A stretch of DNA of 47,978 nucleotides, from positions 1 to 47,978 of the IMG/VR virus record IMGVR_UViG_3300037440_000606; one strand, given 5' to 3'. This document shows positions 1-8,515 of the stretch, in pieces. This stretch comes from a virus (lineage: Duplodnaviria > Caudoviricetes). A program made the position numbers and the translations under genes. How positions within the stretch are numbered: the stretch's first letter is position 1; every line of letters begins with the position of its first letter. The notes under the pieces were generated by a model. The model worked only from the letters and a program-made list of their open reading frames with translations, did not search any database and was not told where the DNA came from.

Positions 1-50
1 GTCGTGATATGTCCGTTTCAAAAAGATGATCTTCGATGTCCGACGGGTCG

Positions 51-350
51 TCACACCTTGTCTAGTGGGACGTGTAGTCGGCAGCGTCCACCGCACCAAC
101 AGCCCGGTCGTCGGTGACTGCGGTTACGCCGGGCACCGGCGATCCGGTTGCACGAGCGGTGCTCGGGTCCGCGGTAGATGCCACGGTCGTCGTCGTCATG
201 GCCCAGGTCCCACGGTTCGGTGGGGTGGATGTACCAGCCGCAGCGCCAGCATGCGACCTGCCCGGCCTCGACGAGTGGGCGCCAGCGTTGCCGTTCGTGT
301 TGGTGTGGTGCGCCGTAGCCACGCTGGACGGTGGTACCTGTGCCGGCCAT
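51..350 (-). CDS. HNH endonuclease (terminase-associated type)
   Basis: RGYG..H, CWRC, WDLGH, PEHRSCN motifs; last gene before the genome end; ATG at 350. Confidence 0.8.
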   Translation of the reverse strand: MAGTGTTVQRGYGAPHQHERQRWRPLVEAGQVACWRCGWYIHPTEPWDLGHDDDDRGIYRGPEHRSCNRIAGARRNRSHRRPGCWCGGRCRLHVPLDKV

Positions 351-398
351 CAGGGTGTCTACCTCACGCTTCCCTGCCGACGCGGCGCCCGTAGCGCG

Positions 399-421
399 AG
401 CGTAACACACAGCGTGTGACA
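399..421 (-). promoter_or_regulatory. Putative late promoter (extended -10 TGtTACGCT)
   Basis: Minus strand TGTCACACGCTGTGTGTTACGCT between the HTH regulator and the HNH gene. Confidence 0.4.
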
Positions 422-426
422 GGCCA

Positions 427-1245
427 TCACACCGGCTGTCGCATGGTGTGTCGTTGCATCTGCTCGGCCAGATCGAGCACCTCCCGCAGCAGGTACAGCG
501 GCCGGTCCGGTCCACCACGGTTGGCGATCTGCCCGCGGCTGGCCCACTGGCGGATCCGGTCAGCGCGGATCTTCGGATAGGCGTCGCTGATCTCTTTCGC
601 GGTGTAGGCGTAACCCTGCACCACAATGTTCAGCCAGTCTGTGCGGTCCTTCACGCTGTGCCGCTGTCCGCAGGTAGGGCAGGTGGCCTGGTCTGCGCCC
701 AGACGGGCGTGCAGGTCTGCCACGCAGCCGTCTACGTCGCACGGCCCGAGGTAGCGGCGCCCGGTGCGGCTGTCGACCACCCGCCACAGTAGCCCGCACG
801 CGTAGTCCAACTCACTCCAGGCCTCGCCGGCCCACTGCCGGTAGCGTGCCCAGCCCAACTGGTCGGCCACCCACCGGGTGAGCGGGTCGAGCCGAGTCGG
901 CGGGTCGGCACCCAACTCGTCTGCCATGACCCGCGCCCACGTGGTCAGCGTGTTGGCCGCGGCGTCGCGGGCCTCGGCGGCGGCCAGGTCGACGACGAGC
1001 CCGGTGGGCCAGCCGGGGACTTGGCAGTCGGCGTCGGTGCCACCGGCGCGTGGCGACTCCGCTGGCGCCGGCTTGCCTGCGCGCGGGGTGGGGTCGCCGG
1101 TGCGGGTCAGTTTGGCCACGGTGTCCGCGACGTGCGGCCACAGTCCGGAGGCGGCCTTGAGTCGGCCTTCGAGGCGTAGAGCATCGCGGGCGCAGACGTA
1201 GGCGGTGTCGGTGATCGGCTCGGTGCAGATCGCGCACTCACCCAT
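427..1245 (-). CDS. Zn-ribbon + C-terminal HTH protein, putative late transcription regulator
   Basis: CAIC, C..DGC, CPTC motifs and C-terminal TAKEIS...ADRIRQWASRGQI (MerR-like HTH); typical position upstream of the terminal HNH. Confidence 0.7.
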   Translation of the reverse strand: MGECAICTEPITDTAYVCARDALRLEGRLKAASGLWPHVADTVAKLTRTGDPTPRAGKPAPAESPRAGGTDADCQVPGWPTGLVVDLAAAEARDAAANTLTTWARVMADELGADPPTRLDPLTRWVADQLGWARYRQWAGEAWSELDYACGLLWRVVDSRTGRRYLGPCDVDGCVADLHARLGADQATCPTCGQRHSVKDRTDWLNIVVQGYAYTAKEISDAYPKIRADRIRQWASRGQIANRGGPDRPLYLLREVLDLAEQMQRHTMRQPV

Positions 1246-1366
1246 GGCGGCACCACCAGCCGACGCTCATGCGGCGTAGCTGCCGACGCCGGTACCGGCG
1301 GGCGACCGTAGCCAGCAGGGCGGCGCGGCGAACGACGCGTTCGAAGTCGGTCACAGGTCGGCTCAT
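1238..1366 (-). CDS. Small Arg-rich hypothetical protein (42 aa)
   Basis: MSRPVTDFERVVRRAALL...; fills the gap and overlaps both neighbours. Confidence 0.45.
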   Translation of the reverse strand: MSRPVTDFERVVRRAALLATVARRYRRRQLRRMSVGWWCRHG

Positions 1367-1560
1367 CCCTGCTCTCCGTCTGCGCACCATTGGTGGACTC
1401 GGCCTAGTAGCGGCCGTGGTGCTGGCACGATGGGCTGTCCTACGAACAGGTTGTGCCGGCAGACCTGGCAGCAGCCGCGGCGTAGGTCGACGGGTGTGCG
1501 GCGGCGGTTGGGTGCGGTGACTACGGGGATGCCGCCACGCCAGGTGTGGTCAGTGGTCAT
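1363..1560 (-). CDS. Hypothetical protein, CxxC motif
   Basis: 65 aa ORF coupled to neighbours; CQVC...HQWC. Confidence 0.55.
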   Translation of the reverse strand: MTTDHTWRGGIPVVTAPNRRRTPVDLRRGCCQVCRHNLFVGQPIVPAPRPLLGRVHQWCADGEQG

Positions 1561-2044
1561 CAGTGGTCTCCTGCCCGCAATCCCGCAGCCGCTCTACCTC
1601 GGCGGTCTGCTCCCGGTTGGCCGCGACGGCACGCTCCAACGCCTGCCGGTAGGTGCCGGCCAGGGGCGCCAGGCCGGCGTCGGGCACGTCCGGGCCGGCG
1701 TCCAGGGCGTCACGCAGCCGGGCGGTCTCGGCACGCTGGCGCCACCGGTCGGCGCGGGCGGCGTCCAATGCTCGGGTGAGCGCGAGGATGCGCGGCCCCG
1801 GGTCGCTGTCCGGGCCGAGCGGCACGTTGGGCGGGTAGTGCTGGTCCAGCACCGACATGAGTCCGTGCCAGGTGTGCAGCCGGTCCCGGTCGGCGAGCAG
1901 GGCGACGACCTGCCGCAGCTCATGGTCGGTGGCGTCCGCGCCGGACCGGGCAAGCAACGCTTCGACGGCGGACCTGTCCCAGCCGCTTACATTTCCCGGG
2001 CCGGATTGCAAGTCTGCGCCGGCGTCTGTCTGCTCAGTGCTCAT
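1550..2044 (-). CDS. Hypothetical coiled-coil protein
   Basis: AAGGAG RBS before ATG 2044 (MSTEQTD...). Confidence 0.6.
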   Translation of the reverse strand: MSTEQTDAGADLQSGPGNVSGWDRSAVEALLARSGADATDHELRQVVALLADRDRLHTWHGLMSVLDQHYPPNVPLGPDSDPGPRILALTRALDAARADRWRQRAETARLRDALDAGPDVPDAGLAPLAGTYRQALERAVAANREQTAEVERLRDCGQETTDDH

Positions 2045-2090
2045 CGGTGGTCTCCTTGGTGGTGGGTGGTGTGGCGTCCAACTCGTCGGC

Positions 2091-2372
2091 TCAGCCATCG
2101 TGGCCCACCCGACGGAACAAGTGCCAGACGAGCATCTGGTGAGGCCCCGCCAAGGCGGTGCCGACGTGCTCACCAACGACGGCTGGTAGTAGCTGTCCGG
2201 TGCCGAAGACCCGGAACTCCCACCAGCGGGACGGCTCGGTGCCGACCAGCGTCCACAGCTCAACCACCGCCGGGTCGCGGGCGGCGACGTGCAGCACGGT
2301 GCCGGACAGCGCCAGCGTGTGCCACTGGTCGTCGACCGGGACCTCGTGGCGGTGGATCGTCGGCTCAGCCAT
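2091..2372 (-). CDS. Conserved phage hypothetical protein
   Basis: TIHRHEVPV...FRVFGTG...VGT...LVWHLF pattern common in phages. Confidence 0.65.
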   Translation of the reverse strand: MAEPTIHRHEVPVDDQWHTLALSGTVLHVAARDPAVVELWTLVGTEPSRWWEFRVFGTGQLLPAVVGEHVGTALAGPHQMLVWHLFRRVGHDG

Positions 2373-2754
2373 GCTCGGCCTCCGCCCCGGCTGCTGCCGT
2401 GCGTGTCCGGACCGTCGTGCACGGCCAGACCTCGCCGCAGCCATCCACCACCCGGCTGCCCGTTGACCACCCGCAGTAGGTCACGCCGTCGTCGGTGAAC
2501 GGCTCGTGCACGTTCCCGGCTACACCGTCACCGGATGCCATACCGGTGGTGCCGGTGCCGTGGGTGGGGCAGTCGGGGCTGTGCCCGGCGCCGATGGTGG
2601 GGCAGGTGCAGGCGGCCGGTGGGGTGTCCAGCTCGTCGGCCCAGCGGCGCAGATCCGTCAAGCTGGCGTAGGGGGCGCCGTGGGCTTCGGCCCGGTCGGC
2701 GGCCCAGCGCAGCACGTCGGCGGGTGTGGCCGGCTGGGGTGGTGGGGTGGTCAT
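2365..2754 (-). CDS. Hypothetical Cys-containing protein
   Basis: 129 aa, coupled to neighbours; CG...CGEVWPC. Confidence 0.55.
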   Translation of the reverse strand: MTTPPPQPATPADVLRWAADRAEAHGAPYASLTDLRRWADELDTPPAACTCPTIGAGHSPDCPTHGTGTTGMASGDGVAGNVHEPFTDDGVTYCGWSTGSRVVDGCGEVWPCTTVRTRTAAAGAEAEHG

Positions 2755-3110
2755 CGGATATCCCCAGCCGGAAGTACAACTGCAGCAGTCAACTCCGGAC
2801 GCTCGTCGAGCGCCAGCATGGTGCAGTACGACGGGTCACCGGGCACCCACAACGAGCCGGGCATGCTGCACGCCGAGTTCTCAACGCTGTGCACGTCGTA
2901 CGGGTGCAGGCCAAACACCAGGTCCAGGTGCCCTCGGCACGCCAACCCGTTCTCAGTGGTCGCCGCCTCCCAGCGGATGTGATGCGTAGCGGGCTTGCCG
3001 CACAGTGGCCCGGTGTCCGGGTCGCCGTCGGTGGTAGCGGTGCAGACCAGGGCGTAGCCGGTTTCAGCATTAGTCTCGCGACCAACGTGGCGCGGCAGGT
3101 TCTGACTCAT
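2751..3110 (-). CDS. Hypothetical protein
   Basis: AAGGAG RBS, ATGA overlaps; CGKPATHH motif. Confidence 0.6.
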   Translation of the reverse strand: MSQNLPRHVGRETNAETGYALVCTATTDGDPDTGPLCGKPATHHIRWEAATTENGLACRGHLDLVFGLHPYDVHSVENSACSMPGSLWVPGDPSYCTMLALDERPELTAAVVLPAGDIR

Positions 3111-3307
3111 GGTGTCTCCTTGGTGAGCAGTGGTCGCCGGTTGCGGTCGTGCGCGGCGCCGCAGTCGCAGAGGCAGATGCGGCCGTAGTGGCTCCAAGGG
3201 AATCTGCACTTGCACTTGTGGCCCCGGCCGGCGGCATGGTTGCAGTGGGTGGTCCAGGTGGTGGTGCACTGCGGCGGCGTGGCGGTGACGATAGCGGTGC
3301 TGGTCAT
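3107..3307 (-). CDS. Small Cys/His-rich hypothetical protein
   Basis: ATGA overlap with the rep gene; HKCKC...CLCDC. Confidence 0.5.
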   Translation of the reverse strand: MTSTAIVTATPPQCTTTWTTHCNHAAGRGHKCKCRFPWSHYGRICLCDCGAAHDRNRRPLLTKETP

Positions 3308-3996
3308 GTGGGCTCCGTTCTGGCTAGCCGTTCGGAGCGGCAGGGTGCGCAGTGGTCGTCGGGTTCGGTGGGGTGGGTGGGGCAGCGGGGTGCGCTGCGT
3401 TGGCGTTGCGCCGCTGTGGCGGCCTGGTCGCGTTGCCACGCCTCGTGGGCCAGGCGTGCGTCCCGGCACGGCCCGCACTGCGGCGGGTCGGTGTCGTTGA
3501 TGTGCCGTTGGCATTGTCGGGGGGGCGGGCCAGCTCGAGCTGCTGGGGACCGTGAGGTACTCCCCCCCTTAACCACTTCTACTTCTCCCTCTCCCTCTGC
3601 CACCGTGATGTCACGTGACGTGTCACGTGACATGTTGTCTGTGGGTTGTTTTGCCCGCTCACGACGGCGCCTCTGTCGCTCGCGATCCGCCGCACGCCTC
3701 CGCATCAACGCGTCCATGTTGTCGCCATTCCAGTCAGGCCACCGCTGCACCCGGTATCCACCGGGGACGGCCACCCACAGGCCCAGCGCAACGAGCACGT
3801 CGACCACAGCTTCGTGCCGGCGTCTCCGAGTCAGCAACGCAACGTCCTGCTCGGGGATGAAGCCGTCGGCCTGCACTTCACCGGCCCACGCGACCGATCG
3901 GACGAACATGATCTCGGCCGCGTCGGCCAGGTCACCGTTCAGTCCTCGGATCTTCGTGTCCATGAAGTAGCGGACGCCCAGCTTCACCCAATCCAC
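3304..3996 (-). CDS. Replication initiator-like protein
   Basis: MDWVKL...D.KI N-terminus, RERQRRRR coil, SRDTSRD repeat, EGEGEVE linker and CQRH...CGPC Zn motif typical of actinophage initiators. Confidence 0.75.
   Translation of the reverse strand: MDWVKLGVRYFMDTKIRGLNGDLADAAEIMFVRSVAWAGEVQADGFIPEQDVALLTRRRRHEAVVDVLVALGLWVAVPGGYRVQRWPDWNGDNMDALMRRRAADRERQRRRRERAKQPTDNMSRDTSRDITVAEGEGEVEVVKGGSTSRSPAARAGPPPRQCQRHINDTDPPQCGPCRDARLAHEAWQRDQAATAAQRQRSAPRCPTHPTEPDDHCAPCRSERLARTEPT
3563..3632. other. Candidate replication origin: two palindromic GTCACGTGAC iterons plus a pyrimidine tract
   Basis: GTCACGTGAC at 3610-3619 and 3622-3631 inside the initiator gene; C/T tract at 3563-3598. Confidence 0.5.
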
Positions 3997-4006
3997 CTGG
4001 GTCCTT

Positions 4007-4633
4007 TCATCGTTTGTCGGGTTCCGGTGCGCTTTCCGCCGGGGCGGGTGCGGACTTCCGGACGGGTTCGGTAAGCAGCCGCGCCAACTCGGCGCACTGC
4101 TCGGGTGTGAGGTGTTTGCGGAGATGCGCCGCCGTCCGCTCCGGGGTGGTTACTTGGATACGTGGCGGCTTCCACCCCTTCGACCGGGCGGCGGCGTAGG
4201 CCGAGACCTCGCCGTTGACGACCCTCTCAGCGAGCGCAGGGTCATCGCGCTTCAGCCGAGCGACCGTGCCGCTGGCGGTATCGGGAGTAGGCCTTATTAT
4301 GGTGGTACCATGATTAGGCTTCCCTGGTCCCGGGAGTGCCGGCTGGATCTCCTCCTTCAGTAGACGCTCGACCCGCGCATGGAGCTTGTCATCCGTGCCG
4401 CACAGCGCCAGCAGTTGTGTTGCCTTCCCACCTATCCCGGCCGGAGGGTTCGCGGCAACGAATGCGGTGAACGTCTCGTGTTCGACCACCCTTCCATCCG
4501 GACCGCTGAACTTCCGCCAGGCTTCCTCGTCGAGTAGCTGCCGGACCAGCCCAGGCAGGGCGCTCATGACGTCGGCGCCGCTGCTGGTCGACGAGATGAC
4601 CTCACGGACGATGGTGGACCCATGGCTGGTCAC
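4007..4633 (-). CDS. Hypothetical DNA-binding (HTH-like) protein
   Basis: RLKRDDPALAERVVNGEVSAYAAA motif; GTGA-coupled to the helicase. Confidence 0.65.
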   Translation of the reverse strand: MTSHGSTIVREVISSTSSGADVMSALPGLVRQLLDEEAWRKFSGPDGRVVEHETFTAFVAANPPAGIGGKATQLLALCGTDDKLHARVERLLKEEIQPALPGPGKPNHGTTIIRPTPDTASGTVARLKRDDPALAERVVNGEVSAYAAARSKGWKPPRIQVTTPERTAAHLRKHLTPEQCAELARLLTEPVRKSAPAPAESAPEPDKR

Positions 4634-6618
4634 AGCTCCGCCCACCACTTCTTAGCGATGTTGATGGCGTCGTTGATCTGAGGGATGTCTGCCCGCTGAT
4701 ATTGGCCCTTGGCGATGCCGGCTCGGCCGTAGACCTCGGCCTTAATCTTGGCGATGGTGCCACCGAACTCTGTGTAAGGACGCCCGTTCTTGTCCAGCCA
4801 CACCTTGGTTATCTGTCGCAGCAACGTCTCCAGGTCACCCTGAGACTGCTTCAGTCGGCGCTTGTAGGAGTTGATGCCCTGCCGCTCGGTGGGAGCGGAC
4901 GGCTCGGGACCCGCCCCTGCCGGGGATGCCCCAGACTTCGCCATCCACGCCAACACGGCGGCTACGGCTCCTAGCGGCTGCCCGCTCTCATGAGCGATCC
5001 TGGTCGCCTCGGCGGGATCGACGCCGCCCAAGCCTGGGGCGTATATCGACGGATCTTCGGCAGTGGACTTCCGGAATGCGTCGAACGGAAGCTGGTCCTC
5101 ACCTGGCACATCACCGTCTTGGCCCTCAGATTCGCCCGAGTCCTGTTGATCCTTTTCAAGCAGTGCCAGCTTCACTTCGTTGTAGACCTCATCGGCAAGC
5201 TTGACCATCTCTGGGTCCTTCGGGACGAACAGGTAGGCGGTCTGGTCTATGTCCTCAGGCAGTGTCGTCCTTCGGATCAGCCTGCCCATACCTTGCCGGA
5301 ATCGCAGCGGCGAGCGGACGATGGTTGCCCACACACCAACGCGCAGGGTTGGAATGTCGATTCCCTCAGACACCATCGCCACGGCAACCAGCCAGCGGGC
5401 GGGAGACTCCGCGAACCCTGCGATCGTGTCGCGGGCTTGTTCTGTGACATCCCGGCCCTGCAGGTCCTTCGACACCGCAACCGCCACCGCTTGCCGTCCA
5501 ACGATGGCACCCAACGCCTTGTGTACTGCGTACGCATGGCGGGTGTCGATGCACAAGACGAGTCCCTGCGCCGTCGGGTCGCCGTCTTGCCGCACCATCT
5601 GCAGGCGGGACTCGGCGTCGGCCAGCACGGTCCGGAGCCAGTCGCCCCGGTGGTCAACGGCATGACGGTTTGCCTTGGTCCGGTCCTTCTTGTTCAGCTT
5701 GTCGGATAGCTTGACCACCCTCTCTTCGTCCGTCCACTGCTCTAGCCAGGTCACGTCGCCGTCGTACTGGTCGAACAGAATCGGCCGAACCGGTGCAGGC
5801 TTGTCCTGCAGTGCCCGGCCGTAGGAGTAGTCGAACCCGCGGGGATAGGGCGTCCCGTCCGGGTCGTCCTTGTAGCGAGCTATGCCATCTTCGTCGAACT
5901 CTACGAATGGGATCACGTCACGGGTCGCGTGGAACGGCGTACCCGATAGCCCAAGCCGCCGTACGCATGGGCCGAGCGCCTCGATCGCGGCCTTGCCCCA
6001 CGACGCCTCTTCCCCCAGGTGGTGGATCTCGTCTAGGACTGCGACCGTCGGTCTGCGGGCGTTCAAGATCCGGTGTGTGCCACGGTCCGAATACAGAGAC
6101 TGGTACGTCACCACCCAACCCCTGGTACGGATCTCGTCGATCGTGTCCTTCTCGCCTTCGCCGTTGTTCATGGTCAATCCATCGACGATCACGCCGAGTT
6201 CAGCGAGGGCCTTCATCCACTGCTCTCGCAATGCCGCAGTCGGCACCACGACCAGCACGCGGTCGGCAACACTGTCGTCCAGAAGATCGCGGACGACGAA
6301 TCCGGACGCCAGAGTCTTGCCTGCGCCGGGGCAGGCAACGAGCAGGAAGTCCGGGTCGGTGTTGCTGTGGTACTTGGCGATGAAGCGTCTCTGCCACTCG
6401 CGCGGCTGTAGCTCCATGTGCGATCCTTTCAGTAGGTTGCATTTCGGGCATAGGGCTTGCCCGTTGATCAGGTCGGTTGGGCCGCCGGCCACGTACGGAT
6501 TCACGTGGTCGGCGTGCCATCCCGGCACCAGCTTTCGTCCACACCGTTCACAGCGGCCGCCCGCAACGAGGTAGAGCGCGGCGCGCTCGCTCGCGTTGAA
6601 CCGACGCCGCTCGCTCAT
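4630..6618 (-). CDS. HNH nuclease - SF2 (DExH) helicase fusion
   Basis: N-terminal CERC...HADHV.P...GG.T...N.QALCPKCN; Walker A CPGAGKT, DEIHH, LSGTP, EGIDIP, QGMGRLIR. Confidence 0.88.
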   Translation of the reverse strand: MSERRRFNASERAALYLVAGGRCERCGRKLVPGWHADHVNPYVAGGPTDLINGQALCPKCNLLKGSHMELQPREWQRRFIAKYHSNTDPDFLLVACPGAGKTLASGFVVRDLLDDSVADRVLVVVPTAALREQWMKALAELGVIVDGLTMNNGEGEKDTIDEIRTRGWVVTYQSLYSDRGTHRILNARRPTVAVLDEIHHLGEEASWGKAAIEALGPCVRRLGLSGTPFHATRDVIPFVEFDEDGIARYKDDPDGTPYPRGFDYSYGRALQDKPAPVRPILFDQYDGDVTWLEQWTDEERVVKLSDKLNKKDRTKANRHAVDHRGDWLRTVLADAESRLQMVRQDGDPTAQGLVLCIDTRHAYAVHKALGAIVGRQAVAVAVSKDLQGRDVTEQARDTIAGFAESPARWLVAVAMVSEGIDIPTLRVGVWATIVRSPLRFRQGMGRLIRRTTLPEDIDQTAYLFVPKDPEMVKLADEVYNEVKLALLEKDQQDSGESEGQDGDVPGEDQLPFDAFRKSTAEDPSIYAPGLGGVDPAEATRIAHESGQPLGAVAAVLAWMAKSGASPAGAGPEPSAPTERQGINSYKRRLKQSQGDLETLLRQITKVWLDKNGRPYTEFGGTIAKIKAEVYGRAGIAKGQYQRADIPQINDAINIAKKWWAEL

Positions 6619-6824
6619 CCCTGCCTCGCCTCCGTCTCCAGTGCCCGCCGCGAACAGCACGCCGTGCCCATCGCCTCCGCGTCGAGCCGTCCCCGGCACC
6701 AGCACCGCCGGCCGCACTCCCGCGTCCCACGGCAGCGGCATGGATACGGCTGGTGCAGCGGCGTGCCGGCGATCAGCCACCGGTCGCGTGGTGCCGGCGG
6801 TGCAGGGCTGCGCCGCCGGCTCAT
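6615..6824 (-). CDS. Hypothetical protein
   Basis: 69 aa, ATGA-coupled at both ends; Cys cluster. Confidence 0.45.
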   Translation of the reverse strand: MSRRRSPAPPAPRDRWLIAGTPLHQPYPCRCRGTRECGRRCWCRGRLDAEAMGTACCSRRALETEARQG

Positions 6825-7306
6825 GCCCGGCCTCGGGTGGGGTATCCGCGTGGACCGAACCGTTCCCGGCGCAGCTCCTCGACGCGGGGCCTGGCCTCCG
6901 CCTCCAGGTCGCGGGCGATGTTGCCCAGATGCGCGTGGTCGCGGTCGTCGAGCTCCCGCGCCCGGGCGGCCAGCGTCGTGTCGTAGTGGGCGTCGTCACG
7001 CCGGCATGGGCAGGCGCATCCGGTGCGGTCGCAGGTGGCGTGGTGCGGTGGCCGTGGGCAGCCGTAGTAGCAGTCGCCGCACACGGGTCCGCCGTCGGTG
7101 TCATACCACTCAGCCACGCCAGCCTCCTCGGTTTCCAACACGGCAAAGGTGTTGTCGTCGCCGTGCACGTCCAGCCGGTGCGCTTCGATCGCGTCCCGGC
7201 CGCCGTGCAGCGGGTCGACACGCTCCGGGATCCACTGCCAGGTGTGGGCGGGGCAGCCGGGGTCGAGGCAGCGCCACCGCGGCCGCTGGGTCGGGGGTCT
7301 CATCAC
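6821..7306 (-). CDS. Cys/His-rich hypothetical protein
   Basis: Coupled ORF with several C..C/H motifs. Confidence 0.55.
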   Translation of the reverse strand: MMRPPTQRPRWRCLDPGCPAHTWQWIPERVDPLHGGRDAIEAHRLDVHGDDNTFAVLETEEAGVAEWYDTDGGPVCGDCYYGCPRPPHHATCDRTGCACPCRRDDAHYDTTLAARARELDDRDHAHLGNIARDLEAEARPRVEELRRERFGPRGYPTRGRA

Positions 7307-7647
7307 TCGTCCTTCCCGGCGAGCATCCGCAGCTCAAAATTGACGATGCCATCGAGCCAGTCGACGGGCCGCCACAAGTCGTAGTCGGCCTCGGCGTCGT
7401 ACAGCGCGGCCCTCCACAACTTCTGGTCGGCGCTGAGCCGGCCCCGGTCCGACTTGAGCTCCCGGAAGGCGAGGCCGCCGGGTCCGACGATGACCAGGTC
7501 GGGGAACCCGGCGCCGTCGGCGCCGACGGGTGTGCGCCAACCCAGGTTGCTGCGGGCGGGGCGGAAGTGGGCGACGCGCAGGTGCAGCAGCCGGCACAGG
7601 TCGATGACCGCACCTTGCAGGTCTTGCTCGCCCATGCGGCTAGCCAT
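7303..7647 (-). CDS. VRR-NUC domain nuclease (probable Holliday junction resolvase)
   Basis: GFPDLV...FRELKS..GRLS..Q..W...WRP.DW motif. Confidence 0.85.
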   Translation of the reverse strand: MASRMGEQDLQGAVIDLCRLLHLRVAHFRPARSNLGWRTPVGADGAGFPDLVIVGPGGLAFRELKSDRGRLSADQKLWRAALYDAEADYDLWRPVDWLDGIVNFELRMLAGKDE

Positions 7648-8515
7648 CGGTGCCTGCCTCGGGTGGGGTGGCCACCTCAGGCCACGTGTCCTCAGCTGCG
7701 GCGCTCTCGTCGACCACCTCGCCGTCGATGGCCTCCGTGTCGTCGACCGGCACCGAGAGGTCAATGTCAGCGATGGCCGTCGACGTGCGAGCCTGCTCGT
7801 CATTGCCGACCGCCTGCTGATACTCCACGGACATCGGGGCCGTCTTGCACAGCCGACGGAGCACGGTCTTCTTGGCCATCTCCGGATAGTCGGTGACCCA
7901 CGGCCCGTCCTTTGCGGCGCGGCTGCGGTTGCGGATCCGCTCGACCTCAGCCTTGGTCATGACGTCGAAGTCCTTACCGCCGTCCTTGTAGACGATGACG
8001 GCGTACACGTGGGTGATTGGCTTGTCGATGTCGTCGGCGGGCTTGTGCTCCAGCCGTGGGTTCAGGCCGAACTCGTAGTCGAAGCTGTCACCTGGGCGGA
8101 CCACCCGGGCGTAGACCGTGGACACCTGCCCGGAGCGGCGAGCCAGGTCGACCAACCCGCGGTACCCGGCGATGAACGTCACTTCGGACGGGCAGTCACA
8201 GTTCTGCTTGTCGGTGCAGTTGCGACGGTGCTGCTTGTACGGCACGTAGTAGGCGTGGCCGAGCGGCCCGGGCTCCAGGCCCAGTTGGGCACTGGTCATC
8301 AGCGCGCCGAGGAACGACGCCGGGGTGCATTCGGCCAGCTTCGGGGTGCGGCGCATGACGGTGACGGCGATGCGGGCCATCCGCTCCGGGTTGAGGTGCC
8401 GGGGCAGCGCGCGGGCGATCTCCGGTTTCATGGCCTCGATCTGCTGGGCCAACGTCTTCTGCTTGTCGGCCAACTTCTGGTTCCGCTTGGCGATTGCGCT
8501 GCTGGTTTGGCTCAT
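7640..8515 (-). CDS. recT: RecT-family single-strand annealing protein
   Basis: LAECTPASFLGALMTSAQLGLEP, GYRGL, W...YPEMAKKTV motifs. Confidence 0.93.
   Translation of the reverse strand: MSQTSSAIAKRNQKLADKQKTLAQQIEAMKPEIARALPRHLNPERMARIAVTVMRRTPKLAECTPASFLGALMTSAQLGLEPGPLGHAYYVPYKQHRRNCTDKQNCDCPSEVTFIAGYRGLVDLARRSGQVSTVYARVVRPGDSFDYEFGLNPRLEHKPADDIDKPITHVYAVIVYKDGGKDFDVMTKAEVERIRNRSRAAKDGPWVTDYPEMAKKTVLRRLCKTAPMSVEYQQAVGNDEQARTSTAIADIDLSVPVDDTEAIDGEVVDESAAAEDTWPEVATPPEAGTDG

Noticed and set aside
6619-7221. N-terminal extension of the 863-aa ORF upstream of the HNH-helicase
   Set aside because: Low-complexity read-through overlapping two coupled genes; the real start is more likely ATG 6618
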